Source of the DNA: Macrostomum lignano
Lineage: Eukaryota
Direction: 5' to 3'
Assembly (NCBI GenBank): GCA_002269645.1
Contig: NIVC01004104.1
Location: 1 to 35,921 of the forward strand
Length of the DNA: 35,921 nucleotides
The position numbers were made by a program, and so were the translations under genes. Positions 14,067 through 23,333 of this stretch are shown here, piece after piece. The notes under the pieces are model-generated. The model was not told where the DNA came from and did no database searches. It saw nothing but the letters and a program-made list of their open reading frames with translations. Within the stretch, counting starts at the first letter, position 1. Every line of letters starts with the position of its first letter.

Positions 14067-14965
14067 GGTCTCAGACAATACAATATCTGTTATGCCAAAC
14101 TCTCCCCCAGAAACGCGGTTCCAGAGTCGGATACTCTGCTATCGCCGGGCACTCTGCAAATTCTCGTCCAACCGCCGTCAGGCAGATCTTCTCCGGAGCA
14201 GCAGAAGCGCTCGAACAGTTGATTAGAATCACCAAAGAAATGAGATGAGTAACAAAATATGAATTGGAAGATTCCCAATTAACGCGTCTTCCGGATTTGA
14301 AGTGAAACTATTTGTTAAAATTGTCGATAATTAATATTCAACAGTTGAACTGTATGTTAGTTTTTTTCGAATGTCTAAACAAAATGCAAAGTTGTGTACT
14401 TTTAATGCCTGTCCAGCAGTAGCCAGCAGTATACTTGATTTTATTTATTTCAATTATGCAAATATTTGTCAATATCAGTTTTTTTATTTCGCTTGTGTGT
14501 GCGCGCGGGTGTGCAATTGTCTACAAGTTGGTTTGTTAGCTTTCATTGATTCAATGAACTTTTATGCGCAGTGTTTTTACTCGCGTATTTTGTCCAATTT
14601 TTAGGAGCTTAATAAGTAATAACAATTAGATCTTAAATGTGCACATCGCTCTACTTATCCGAGTCCAGTTCAGTAGTATGCTTAGCGCTTTTTTCCTTCT
14701 ACGCGTTTTTGTCTATTTTTGCGCCGCAAAATATCACAATATGGCATTATTTCGATATTGAAAATTTTTTCTCTGCCTGAGTGCAAATTTTTCTCTTTCT
14801 CATTGGCAAGAACTTTTTTCTTCTCGTTAAAGCAGCTTCGTTTTGAAGGCTGTAGCTGACAAACGAAGCATTATTTTGCTATTCTCAATTTTTAGACGCT
14901 ACTGGTTCTATATTTTTGTAAATATTTGCCTTTTTGCAATGAAACCAACTATTCGGCCTTTGTAG

Positions 14966-15471
14966 GATATGTAAAGAAAGTCGACAACAGTAAACAGACT
15001 GGCGCTGCTGGAGGCAAGGCAGCTGAGTTATCTGATGCAGACGAGATCGTCCTACAAAGCACAGGCAGAGAATCACCAGTGACGCAAGGACTGCGAGTCA
15101 CTGAGAGCACCGTGCTCAAAGATACTCCGTCCTGTGCTGCCACATCAGCTAGCGCGTCGGGAATGTCGCTCAGTGCTCCGTCTGCTGTACAGTCACGTTC
15201 TACGCCATCAATGCTGCAGCTGCTTACTGGAGACGTGAATGAGCAAGACCTTCAGGATCTTCTGGATGGCAATGGCAATGGAACGGCTTCCTTCCCATCT
15301 ACACCAAAACGCCAGATTAGCAGTGGTGGGAGCATGGATCGCAAAGTTTTGAAGAGGAAAGACGAGTTACTGCTGGAGCATCTGGAACTCAAAAACAAGA
15401 AGCTGAAGATGGAGATGGCTTTGATCCAATATGAACTGTCTTCAAAGGGAATCAGATGGGACGCTAACTGA
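14966..15471 (+). CDS. Probable last exon of a Harbinger accessory (Myb/SANT-like) protein
   Basis: KQTGAAGG...LSDADEIVL linker and a C-terminal coiled coil (ELLLEHLELKNKKLKMEM); acceptor tttgtag at 14965; convergent with a Harbinger transposase, the usual PIF/Harbinger layout. The Myb exon itself was not identified. Confidence 0.55.
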
Positions 15472-15695
15472 GCGATCGATATAGCTGGTGTTTTGCTGTT
15501 ATGTTTTATTTTTTATTACTGCTGCCGTGTTTAATGTGACGATCGCAGTTTAAAGTGTTTTAATATATTTAATATGCCTATCTTGTCGTTATAGTCTTAA
15601 CACTTTCGAACACAGCGAAACAATATTGATAAATAAAACAATAAACAATGAACAACAAGAACAACAAGAAGTACATAGTAATTCTGAGTATAACT

Positions 15696-16330
15696 TCATT
15701 GAAAAAAGGCAACGAGTTGATCGCGTCGCGTAAAGTCTTGCTGAATGCCATCCACACCAATCGCAACGTTCTCAATTTCAGCGAAATACTGCAGAACTGC
15801 ACCGTCATCAATGGCACCCTCGTGTACGATGCACCAGTTGTGCAGCACTGAACAAGCTTTCTCGATTTCACTGGCGTACGCGGGTCCCTTGACTCTTAAC
15901 ATGCGCAGACATGGAAATCGGATTTTTAACAAGCCAATGGCCCTTTCAATGATGCTGTGCGGCGATGAGCTGAGTTAAACCGATTCTCTGCCTGAGTCAG
16001 GTTGTTTCGTAGAACGGGGGGAATCAACCACTGAAGGCAGGGATTTATTGAGTCACCAAGCAGGACACACCCAGAAAAAAAGCGAAAGCCGTGTCGCTCG
16101 AAACTAGTAAACAGATTGGAGTTTCGTAGCATACGTGCATCGTTCACGCTACCTGGCAACGAGGAGTTCACATAGAAAAGTTGGTGCTTCGGTCCGCAGA
16201 CAACCATGACATTCAGTGAATTTCCACCCTTTCTGTCCACGAACTAAGCTTCGTTCTCATGTGGGGTGCGAATATTAATCAATAGTACATTCGGCGCCCG
16301 AGGATTTCTCATTAACGCCCGCAAAGCATG
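15696..16330 (-). pseudogene. PIF/Harbinger (DDE_Tnp_4/HARBI1-like) transposase, C-terminal half, degenerate
   Basis: DRKGGNSLNVMVVCG, PGSVNDARML, LLGDS, ENRFNSAHRR, LLKIRFPCL, ACSVLHNWC; stops and frameshifts; N-terminal half absent. Confidence 0.88.
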
Positions 16331-16343
16331 GGTATTACTATTG

Positions 16344-16596
16344 TGCCATAGACATTTGTGTCCTTGACAAAGTGGGACAAAATTAGCGGGCAGTTAATGA
16401 CATTAACTGCCCGCTAATTTGCATTAAATTAAGTTTGAAATAAACAATCGGGCGTTAAATGTCATTAACTGCCCGCTAATTTGCATTAAATTAAGTTTGA
16501 AATAAACAATCGGGCGTTAAATGTCATTAACTGCCCGCTAATTTGAATTAAAGTAAGTTTGACTCCTGCAAGCGGGCTTAAATGTAGTCTATGGCA
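16344..16596. mobile_element. MITE-like unit with 10-bp inverted ends (tgccatagac...gtctatggca), internal perfect palindrome and 62-bp tandem repeats
   Basis: Palindrome 16380-16420 (20-bp arms, 1-nt centre); 62-bp period at 16401, 16463 and 16525; no clear TSD. Confidence 0.55.
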
Positions 16597-16810
16597 TTAA
16601 AAGTCAAGAATAAGTGCCCAGCGGGCACAAAGGTCATGGTACAATATATTACACCTTTTTGCATTCAATTTCAACCAAAGTCGCATTCAATTTCAGCAAG
16701 CTGGCATTCAAAATCGGCAATCTAAATTTAGCCAACCAAATCTTCATTCGGGTAGTGTAGCTCGCTTGGCTAGTAAAAGGAAAATGAATCCGAAAATCAA
16801 CATTGTGTGA

Positions 16811-16852
16811 GTAACGACGCGTTTCGCACTCCTAGATGCATCTTCAGGTTTA
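16811..16852 (-). ncRNA. Minimal type I hammerhead ribozyme (Penelope-associated)
   Basis: Minus strand reads UAAAC-CUGAAGA-UGCAUCUAGGAGUGC-GAAAC-GC-GUC-GUUAC: catalytic core, short stem II, palindromic ACGCGU stem III, GUC cleavage triplet, weak stem I. Confidence 0.72.
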
Positions 16853-17130
16853 TTTTTTCAACAACGAAATTAAACAGGTTTGCGAATAAATATGTGGAGT
16901 TGGTTATAGGTAAACAAGAAAAATTAGAAAAATTATTGAAGTGTCCAATCGGCGTTTGCTGATTGGTTGTAAACACCCACCCCAAGTCCACCCCCCTCTC
17001 TGCACTGCACCCCTCCGCCGTGAGGCTTATATCACCTAGCTTTTACTCAGCCTGCCACACCTTTCTCGCGCTGCATGAAATCTTTTTTATCGTACGGAGT
17101 GGCGTGAGTGCTGCCTAGGCTGCAACTGCA

Positions 17131-18204
17131 ATGGCCGAGATTTCAATTGACCAAATGACTGCAAGGCAGCTTAGAGACCGTCTGCGCCAACTGGGACTGC
17201 CCAGTGGCGGTCGCAAGCGAGAGTTGCAAGTCAGATTGGAACAAGCCAGTTTCTCGAATCAAGCCAAGCGACGTGGACGGCCAACAGCCACTCACTCGAG
17301 CGAAATCGACCGAGTCAGCACCAGCAGCAGCGACGACGATGAAGAAGCGACCCTGGACGAGGCTGGCGCCCCGCAGGGCACCGACGATCTGGACAAGAGG
17401 ATCGCCCGTCAGGAGAAGCTGCTTCGGCTGAGGACTCTTCAATGCCAGACTGCTGAGATCGAGGCTGAGCTGGAGAACAAGCCTTGCCAACAGAGCCGTA
17501 AGTTGCGGAGCCCCTTGCCGATTGACCGGTCCCCTGCTGCCTATGAGCCGGAGCTGGGACTGCCAGACCTGGGCCCTCAAGGCCTCTACAGCACTTCTGC
17601 CAGGCCGTCGGGACCGTCAAAGCCCCTTCTGGTAAAGGACTTTATCAACCGTGATGGCGAGGAGCCTGCCTCTGACGAGAAGTCCAGAGTCCGGACTGAG
17701 CAGATCTCGGCGGGTCAGTGGGTAGCAGGCAGCAACCGAATCCTGCTGAAACTCTTCGACGAAGGTTTCTTGGTCACCGTTAAGGATGGCGCGGTGGATC
17801 TTGAACAGCTGAAGGCCTACGTTCGCTACTGTGTGCAGTTCGGCGAGTTTATGCACCAGGGTTTCAGTCAGGCCGCCCTCAACTGTTACGATGAAGACTT
17901 CAGGATCCTGCAACATCAGTCGAGCGGCAGCTGGGAGCGGGAGTCGCTGCAGCTGCTATCCAAGCACATTCTGGCACCAAAGTCAAATCAGGGCGGCAAC
18001 GCGATCTCCCAGCGCACCAACTTCAAGCCCAGTAGGCCAAAGCAGCAGCCGTCCGGCTTCGTCGGCCCGATCGATCCTGAGGGGCGGGAGCTGTGCGTGA
18101 AGTTCAACCGCAACGGCTGCCTACGGCGCGACTGCAAGTTCAGGCACGTCTGCTCCGCCTGCTACGAGGCGCACCCGCGCCAGTTCTGCACTTCAAAAAA
18201 CTAG
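17131..18204 (+). CDS. Ngaro ORF1 (gag-like) with N-terminal SAP domain and C-terminal Cys/His zinc finger
   Basis: MTARQLRDRLRQLGLPSGGRKRELQVRL (SAP pattern); CVKFNRNGC..CKFRHVCSAC...HPRQFC. Confidence 0.85.
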   Translation: MAEISIDQMTARQLRDRLRQLGLPSGGRKRELQVRLEQASFSNQAKRRGRPTATHSSEIDRVSTSSSDDDEEATLDEAGAPQGTDDLDKRIARQEKLLRLRTLQCQTAEIEAELENKPCQQSRKLRSPLPIDRSPAAYEPELGLPDLGPQGLYSTSARPSGPSKPLLVKDFINRDGEEPASDEKSRVRTEQISAGQWVAGSNRILLKLFDEGFLVTVKDGAVDLEQLKAYVRYCVQFGEFMHQGFSQAALNCYDEDFRILQHQSSGSWERESLQLLSKHILAPKSNQGGNAISQRTNFKPSRPKQQPSGFVGPIDPEGRELCVKFNRNGCLRRDCKFRHVCSACYEAHPRQFCTSKN

Positions 18205-20666
18205 ATCGCGGCCGGGCGGGGGGCTCAACTGGCAGCGCAGCTGCCCCGGCCGAAGCCAAAGTCGAACCCCCGCTGCCCCCCGGCTGGCCCTGTCCCAAGC
18301 CCCTCGAGTCCGTTGCTTTCTCATCCGACCTCGCCACAGCCGCCTGGGAAGCTGAGCTGGCTGACGATCCTGACCGCGAATTCCTGCTGAATGGCATCCG
18401 CAACGGTTTCCAACTCACCTGCCCTGACCCGTCAGAAAGAGCCTCAACTATGTCAGAAATCCAGAACTACCTATCAGTCAACAGTTACCGGCAGCTGGTC
18501 GAGCAGCAGGTGCGAGAGGAAATCCTTAATGGCCGCTACGTTCAAGTAAGTGACAAACCGGAGGTCATCAGCGCCCTTGGCGCCATTCCGAAGGGCAACA
18601 ACGAAGGACTCATCCACGACTGCTCTAACCCTCCGGGTCTCTCCCTAAACAGCCAATTTTCCTCCGACTACAGAATCAAGTTCGAGACTGTCAGCCACTT
18701 CACCGCCAAGCTGCAGCCCGGTTGGTTCATGGCCAAAGTCGACCTCGCCAATGCCTACCGGAGTGTCGGCATCAGCCCGCACGATTTTCGGCTCACCGGC
18801 TTGAAGTGGAAATTCAGCGACCAGTGCAGCGATTCGTACATCTGCGACACGCGGCTCCCCTTTGGCGCTGCTGCCTCCGTGGAAGTTTTCCACCGCCTGA
18901 GCCAGGCTGTCAAGCGCATGATGCAGAGACGGGGCTTCAACGATATCGGAAGTTATCTCGATGACTTCGCCATAGCAGCCTCCAGCAAGGACGACTGCCA
19001 GCTCGCTCTCGACACCCTGCTCAATCTGCTGCGGAAGCTTGGCTTCTCCATCAACTGGAGCAAGGTGGTGGCGCCGTGCACCAGACTAGTCTACCTGGGC
19101 GTCCTCATCGACACCGTCAGCGGCCTGCTGGAGCTTCCGAAGGACAAGCTCGACGCCACCAAGTCTCAGCTGCAGTCCGCGCTCTCTCGCAAGCGCATCA
19201 CCAAGCGCCAACTCCAATCGCTCTGTGGCCCCATCAACTGGGTCTGCCAGGTGGTCCGCATCGGGAGGTGCTTCCTGAGACCACTCCTGCTCGAACTCAG
19301 CGACCTGAAGCAGCAGCGGCACAAACTGCGCGTGCACAATGATCTCCGCGAGATCCTTAGCTGGTGGGACGCCTGCCTGGCCGCCTCCCTCAGCTGCAAA
19401 ATCTGGCGTTCTAACGGGCCCAGCTGGGCCATCGAGTCCGACGCGTCCAACTGGGGCGGCTGCGGCATCATCCGCGGCCCAGACATCACCAGCTGGCTCA
19501 TCATGGACTGGCACCGCGACTCAACCGAGATCGAGCCGCTGCACATCAACTTCAAGGAAAGTCTCGCGCCAGTGCTTACGGCCCTGCATTTCCAGCAGCA
19601 GCTGCAACCGGGCAGCCAGCTTGTGATCTACTCTGACAGCACCGCCGCAGTCGGCGCCATCAACAAGGGCTCGTCGCCAAATCGGGTCGTCAACTCGGCT
19701 CTGCAACAGCTGATGCTCCTCGCTGCGCACCGCGACCTCTCCGTCCAGGCCTTCCACGTCCCTGGGACATTCCAGATCTTCGCTGATAGTGGCAGCCGAG
19801 CCGATGACATCAGCGAGCTGACAAACTTCCTGCTCCGGCTCTTTGGCTCTGTTCACGTTGACCTTAGCAACCTTAGAGAGCACACCCTCTCGCCAGCCAC
19901 CTGCGAATTTCTCGCCCTACAGATCGCCCGCCTCAAGTCCCGAGCGCGAACTTCAGCAAGCGCTACCGCGAGCTCTGCCACCTGGCCTTCGCTGAGACTA
20001 CCGCGCGCTCTTACCGCTGCCAGATCGACTCCTGGAAGCGGTTCTGCAAGCAGATGCGCATCGACAGCACCAGACCGCCTCTGCAGCAGGTCGCGCACTA
20101 CATCATCGCGCTGTCCGACCGCCTCTCCTCGCATGCCAGCGTCGGTGCGTACATTAACGCCGCAGACCTGCACTGCAAGCTCAAGACCGGCCGCGGCCTT
20201 CCTCGCCACCCCCGCATCGACCTGCTCCTCCGCGGTGTCCAGCACAAACTCGCCAAGCCACCGGCGCGCAAGGCGCCCATCACTCCGGGTGACTTCCTCA
20301 AACTGCGAGGAACCCTGCGCCTGCAGCAGCCTCAAGATGCAGCCTTCTGGGCGGCGGTCCTGGTCGGATTCTGGGGCCTCCTGCGCCGCGCCAATCTGTG
20401 CTGCTCGAAACCGTTCCCACCAGCCGGCGAGGCGGTCACCTGCGGCGACCTGCACGTATCACCGGATCTGGCCATCCTGCACATTCGGCGCTCCAAGACG
20501 AACCAGTTCCGCCAGCGAGTGCACCGCGTTGTCCTGCCGCGCCTCCGGCACGCGGCGCAGCACCCGCTCTGCCCGGTGGCAGCGCTGCTTCACCACCTGC
20601 GCATCAACCAGCCCGACCGCGCCGCTGCTGCCCACCTCTTCGCTTACCGAAGCAGCGGCGGCCTGA
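18093..20666 (+). CDS. Ngaro ORF2 reverse transcriptase-RNase H (-1 frame to gag; tail overlaps YR)
   Basis: LIHDCS, KVDLANAY, LPFGAAAS, YLDDF, YLGVLID; RNase H ESDAS/FKES/YSDS/FADSGSR. Sequence after about 19900 looks like alternate-frame read-through. Confidence 0.92.
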   Translation: MREVQPQRLPTARLQVQARLLRLLRGAPAPVLHFKKLDRGRAGGSTGSAAAPAEAKVEPPLPPGWPCPKPLESVAFSSDLATAAWEAELADDPDREFLLNGIRNGFQLTCPDPSERASTMSEIQNYLSVNSYRQLVEQQVREEILNGRYVQVSDKPEVISALGAIPKGNNEGLIHDCSNPPGLSLNSQFSSDYRIKFETVSHFTAKLQPGWFMAKVDLANAYRSVGISPHDFRLTGLKWKFSDQCSDSYICDTRLPFGAAASVEVFHRLSQAVKRMMQRRGFNDIGSYLDDFAIAASSKDDCQLALDTLLNLLRKLGFSINWSKVVAPCTRLVYLGVLIDTVSGLLELPKDKLDATKSQLQSALSRKRITKRQLQSLCGPINWVCQVVRIGRCFLRPLLLELSDLKQQRHKLRVHNDLREILSWWDACLAASLSCKIWRSNGPSWAIESDASNWGGCGIIRGPDITSWLIMDWHRDSTEIEPLHINFKESLAPVLTALHFQQQLQPGSQLVIYSDSTAAVGAINKGSSPNRVVNSALQQLMLLAAHRDLSVQAFHVPGTFQIFADSGSRADDISELTNFLLRLFGSVHVDLSNLREHTLSPATCEFLALQIARLKSRARTSASATASSATWPSLRLPRALTAARSTPGSGSASRCASTAPDRLCSRSRTTSSRCPTASPRMPASVRTLTPQTCTASSRPAAAFLATPASTCSSAVSSTNSPSHRRARRPSLRVTSSNCEEPCACSSLKMQPSGRRSWSDSGASCAAPICAARNRSHQPARRSPAATCTYHRIWPSCTFGAPRRTSSASECTALSCRASGTRRSTRSARWQRCFTTCASTSPTAPLLPTSSLTEAAAA

Positions 20667-20920
20667 CGCCTCTGACCGGCACCCGGTTCTGTCGCCTGTT
20701 TCGGCACGTCGTCCACCGTGCCGGCCTGGCAGACCGGTCTCTGTCCCCTCACAGCCTTCGACGCGGCGGCGCCTCGCTGGCGTTCCGCGCCGGTGTGCCG
20801 CTGCCGGTCGTCAAGGCCCTGGGCGACTGGCGGAGCTCGGCGGTTGAGGTGTACCTGGGGCTGGAGAAGGGCTTCGATCTCCAGCTGGCGGCTGTTCGCA
20901 AACTGTCTCAATGCCTATAA
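19877..20920 (+). CDS. Ngaro ORF3 tyrosine recombinase
   Basis: Frame open from 19877 (AFAETTARSYRCQIDSWKRFC); catalytic R (LLRRAN), K (SKTNQ), HSLRRGG, LGDWRS..VEVY. First in-frame ATG only at 20054. Confidence 0.92.
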   Translation, partial: RAHPLASHLRISRPTDRPPQVPSANFSKRYRELCHLAFAETTARSYRCQIDSWKRFCKQMRIDSTRPPLQQVAHYIIALSDRLSSHASVGAYINAADLHCKLKTGRGLPRHPRIDLLLRGVQHKLAKPPARKAPITPGDFLKLRGTLRLQQPQDAAFWAAVLVGFWGLLRRANLCCSKPFPPAGEAVTCGDLHVSPDLAILHIRRSKTNQFRQRVHRVVLPRLRHAAQHPLCPVAALLHHLRINQPDRAAAAHLFAYRSSGGLTPLTGTRFCRLFRHVVHRAGLADRSLSPHSLRRGGASLAFRAGVPLPVVKALGDWRSSAVEVYLGLEKGFDLQLAAVRKLSQCL

Positions 20921-22199
20921 TTTTTCGTTTGCCTGCTCTGGGTTGAAGCTGGTGTGCTGTCTGCTTTCTTTTTCCTCTCGCTTGGACTCAAATGCTCAGA
21001 TTTTTTTTCTTCCCAACTCGTGCACTTTTCTTATTTAGTATTTTATCTTTTTTTTGCAATGATGACTGTTGTTTTATCGATTCAGTGCTGTTTTAATGAC
21101 TGTTTATTTTATTTGCTTGCAAGCGTGACCAGCATTCTGCGTGCCCCCCCGTTTTTCTTCACTATCTTCCCATCATTTTTCGGATTTTGGATCGTCGTAT
21201 CCGCTCGCACTGTATTCGTTACTCGCAAACACTCGCGTCCGTCTTCCCTTCCCTTGGGGTGTGGTGTTTAGTGTCCAATCGGCGTTTGCTGATTGGTTGT
21301 AAACACCCACCCCAAGTCCACCCCCCTCTCTGCACTGCACCCCTCCGCCGTGAGGCTTATATCACCTAGCTTTTACTCAGCCTGCCACACCTTTCTCGCG
21401 CTGCATGAATTTTTTTTGCTTTTTTTGCTTTTTTATATTTTCTGTACTGCACAAATAAACTTGCTGTACAGAGGATCGTCGAATCCACTCGCACTGTACT
21501 CGTTACTCGCAAACACTCGCGTCCGTCTTCCCTTCCCTTGGGGTGTGGTGTTTACAAATCGTTATTGGAGAACACATGAGTTAGTCCGTACGGCAGAGTG
21601 AAGTCCGGGGGCGGAAAGAATGTACACCCAGTACTCTCTCTCATCAAAAGACACGGAGTAGGTGACCCGCGCCACTATGTTGGAGTTGTGTGTTTAGGCT
21701 GGGTGACTGGGCTTTAATGTGCATGGCCTCAAGAATTCTAAGTTTGAAGTCCGACTGACGTTGGTCAATGATTTTAAAGTGCTCGTTTGGGTTGCAGTTA
21801 GAGCAGCTACTGCAATGCACTAAGTGATCTGGTGTGGTGTGTAGGTGTCTTTTGGTTTTCCCCACGTAGGAGACGCTCTGGTCAACAGAGCAGTTGAATT
21901 GATAGACGACACCAGCACGCAGAGCACGGGGCAGAGCACGGTTTAAGCATGCTCGCATTCCATTTCAGCGAACCACATTCAATTTCGGCAATCTGCATTC
22001 ATTTTAATTTTGTCTCAAACTTGTCTGCTCGTCTATGGGTAAACTTTATTGACGCGTGCAGATTTTGCATTCAATTTCAGCAGTTTGCATTCAAATTCAG
22101 CAAAATATTATTAACTAAACGTAAAACGAAACAATTGTCGTCCAAAACATGTACAGTAGGGAACATAGCAGGGAACAAAAGCAGAAAATCGAAGTCACG

Positions 22200-23333
22200 T
22201 CAATTGTGGACCTTCAGTCTCCATTGATGTGCATCCTGGCCAGGCATCTCGGTACAAAGCTGAAGCAGTGATTGTACCACTGGAGGCACTTGAGTGACGC
22301 TGTCGTTCACTGTTAGATCGGCGAAGCGCATCGACTCGTCCCTTCGATATTCAGCCAGTGTACGCCCAGCGCGAGCTTCGTTGGATGGATTGATGAAAAC
22401 TTCGCGGCTGTCACTGAGTTCACTTTTAATGGCCGCCTTCCATGCGGAGATGGCGCTCTCAACGGGTGTTAAAAATGGGCTGTATCTAGAGAGTCGCCGG
22501 AACTCAGCCAGTCCCACAACCTCTTGTAATTCAGCGTCATTATGGCTGCTGACATTATCAAAAATAAGGTATGCAAGTTGGTGCGGCCAGACCATTTGAG
22601 CGTTACCCATCACAATTTGGAGAAATTCAGCGAATTTCTCCTTTGTCATACCGCGAGTGTACGCTTGATAGTGGATCAGACCAATCTGAGGCGAAACAGC
22701 GACGCAGATGGTGATGCGAGTGCTCTTTTGGCCGGAAACGGTTCTGTAGGCCCGTTGACCGCGGAGCGACCTTCCCTGTTGACGTCGCATCCAGGTGTCG
22801 AATCTGAATTCATCGATGAACACCTTGGGAGCATTGATAACATCGACCGAGCACCACCAGTTACAATAAGCTTCACGCTCTGCTAGGACTGCCGGGGAAT
22901 TGCGTTCTGCGGGCACGTCTCGAACAAGTTTGATAGTGTACGCATGGCCCTCCAGTTGTCGGCTTAGTGTAGTCATCGAGACAGCTGGTTTGTCCGGAAA
23001 TCTTATGCGCAGTCGATCATTGATTCCTTTTAGCGTCAGAACAGGATTGTTTTCCAGTAGTTCAGTACAATGCTGCAGCATCTCCTCATCGAACTTCGAG
23101 TACCACCTTCCGCCCTTAGGTTGTTTATATCGGCGGCCTGATCGAACGATTGAATAGGCGGTGGCTCTTTTGATGTTCATGAGCTCTGCAAGTTGTAAAT
23201 AGTCCTGACCTGTCTCATGGGCATCGATAAGGCGGGCTCTATCTCCGTCAGAAACTCGTGCGTATGGTCCTCGACCTTCTTCTGATTCAATTTCTTCGTC
23301 ACCTTGTTCTTCAATGATCTCATCGTCACTCAT
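22200..23333 (-). CDS. IS630-Tc1 transposase (DD32E spacing), near intact
   Basis: ATG at 23333; HTH region; VFIDE, IFDN, YSPFLTPVE. A frameshift near 22290 moves the likely natural C-terminus (KCLQWYNHCFSFVPRCL) into another frame. Confidence 0.88.
   Translation of the reverse strand: MSDDEIIEEQGDEEIESEEGRGPYARVSDGDRARLIDAHETGQDYLQLAELMNIKRATAYSIVRSGRRYKQPKGGRWYSKFDEEMLQHCTELLENNPVLTLKGINDRLRIRFPDKPAVSMTTLSRQLEGHAYTIKLVRDVPAERNSPAVLAEREAYCNWWCSVDVINAPKVFIDEFRFDTWMRRQQGRSLRGQRAYRTVSGQKSTRITICVAVSPQIGLIHYQAYTRGMTKEKFAEFLQIVMGNAQMVWPHQLAYLIFDNVSSHNDAELQEVVGLAEFRRLSRYSPFLTPVESAISAWKAAIKSELSDSREVFINPSNEARAGRTLAEYRRDESMRFADLTVNDSVTQVPPVVQSLLQLCTEMPGQDAHQWRLKVHN

Larger units (their letters stand above)
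16941..21554 (+). mobile_element. Ngaro-type tyrosine-recombinase retrotransposon (DIRS order) with split direct repeats A1-ORFs-B1-A2-B2, apparently intact
   Basis: A1 16941-17079 = A2 21271-21409 (identical, 139 bp); B1 21189-21270 vs B2 21473-21554 (82 bp, 3 mismatches); gag, RT-RNase H and YR ORFs; no TSD; no methyltransferase domain seen. Confidence 0.93.
16750..21941 (-). mobile_element. 5'-truncated Penelope-like retroelement (21941-21555 plus 16940-16750), split by Ngaro
   Basis: GIY-YIG C-terminal fragment at 21644-21941 (VVYQFNC..YVGKTKRHLH; LRILEAMHIKAQSPSLNTQ), a T-rich 3' UTR continuing across the Ngaro insertion, and a hammerhead motif near its 3' end. Confidence 0.8.

Noticed and set aside
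14090-14278. Short minus ORF with integrase-like RVP..SDSGTAF
   Set aside because: Too short, with no flanking integrase motifs, and other frames are equally plausible.
19800-20666. Pol C-terminal extension as a methyltransferase or hydrolase domain
   Set aside because: The sequence is S/A/R/T-rich alternate-frame read-through of the YR gene with no such motifs.
18140-20911. Antisense and alternate-frame ORFs over Ngaro, and similar ones over EFCAB12, the orphan ORF and the lectin
   Set aside because: Expected shadows of GC-rich coding sequence; no domains.
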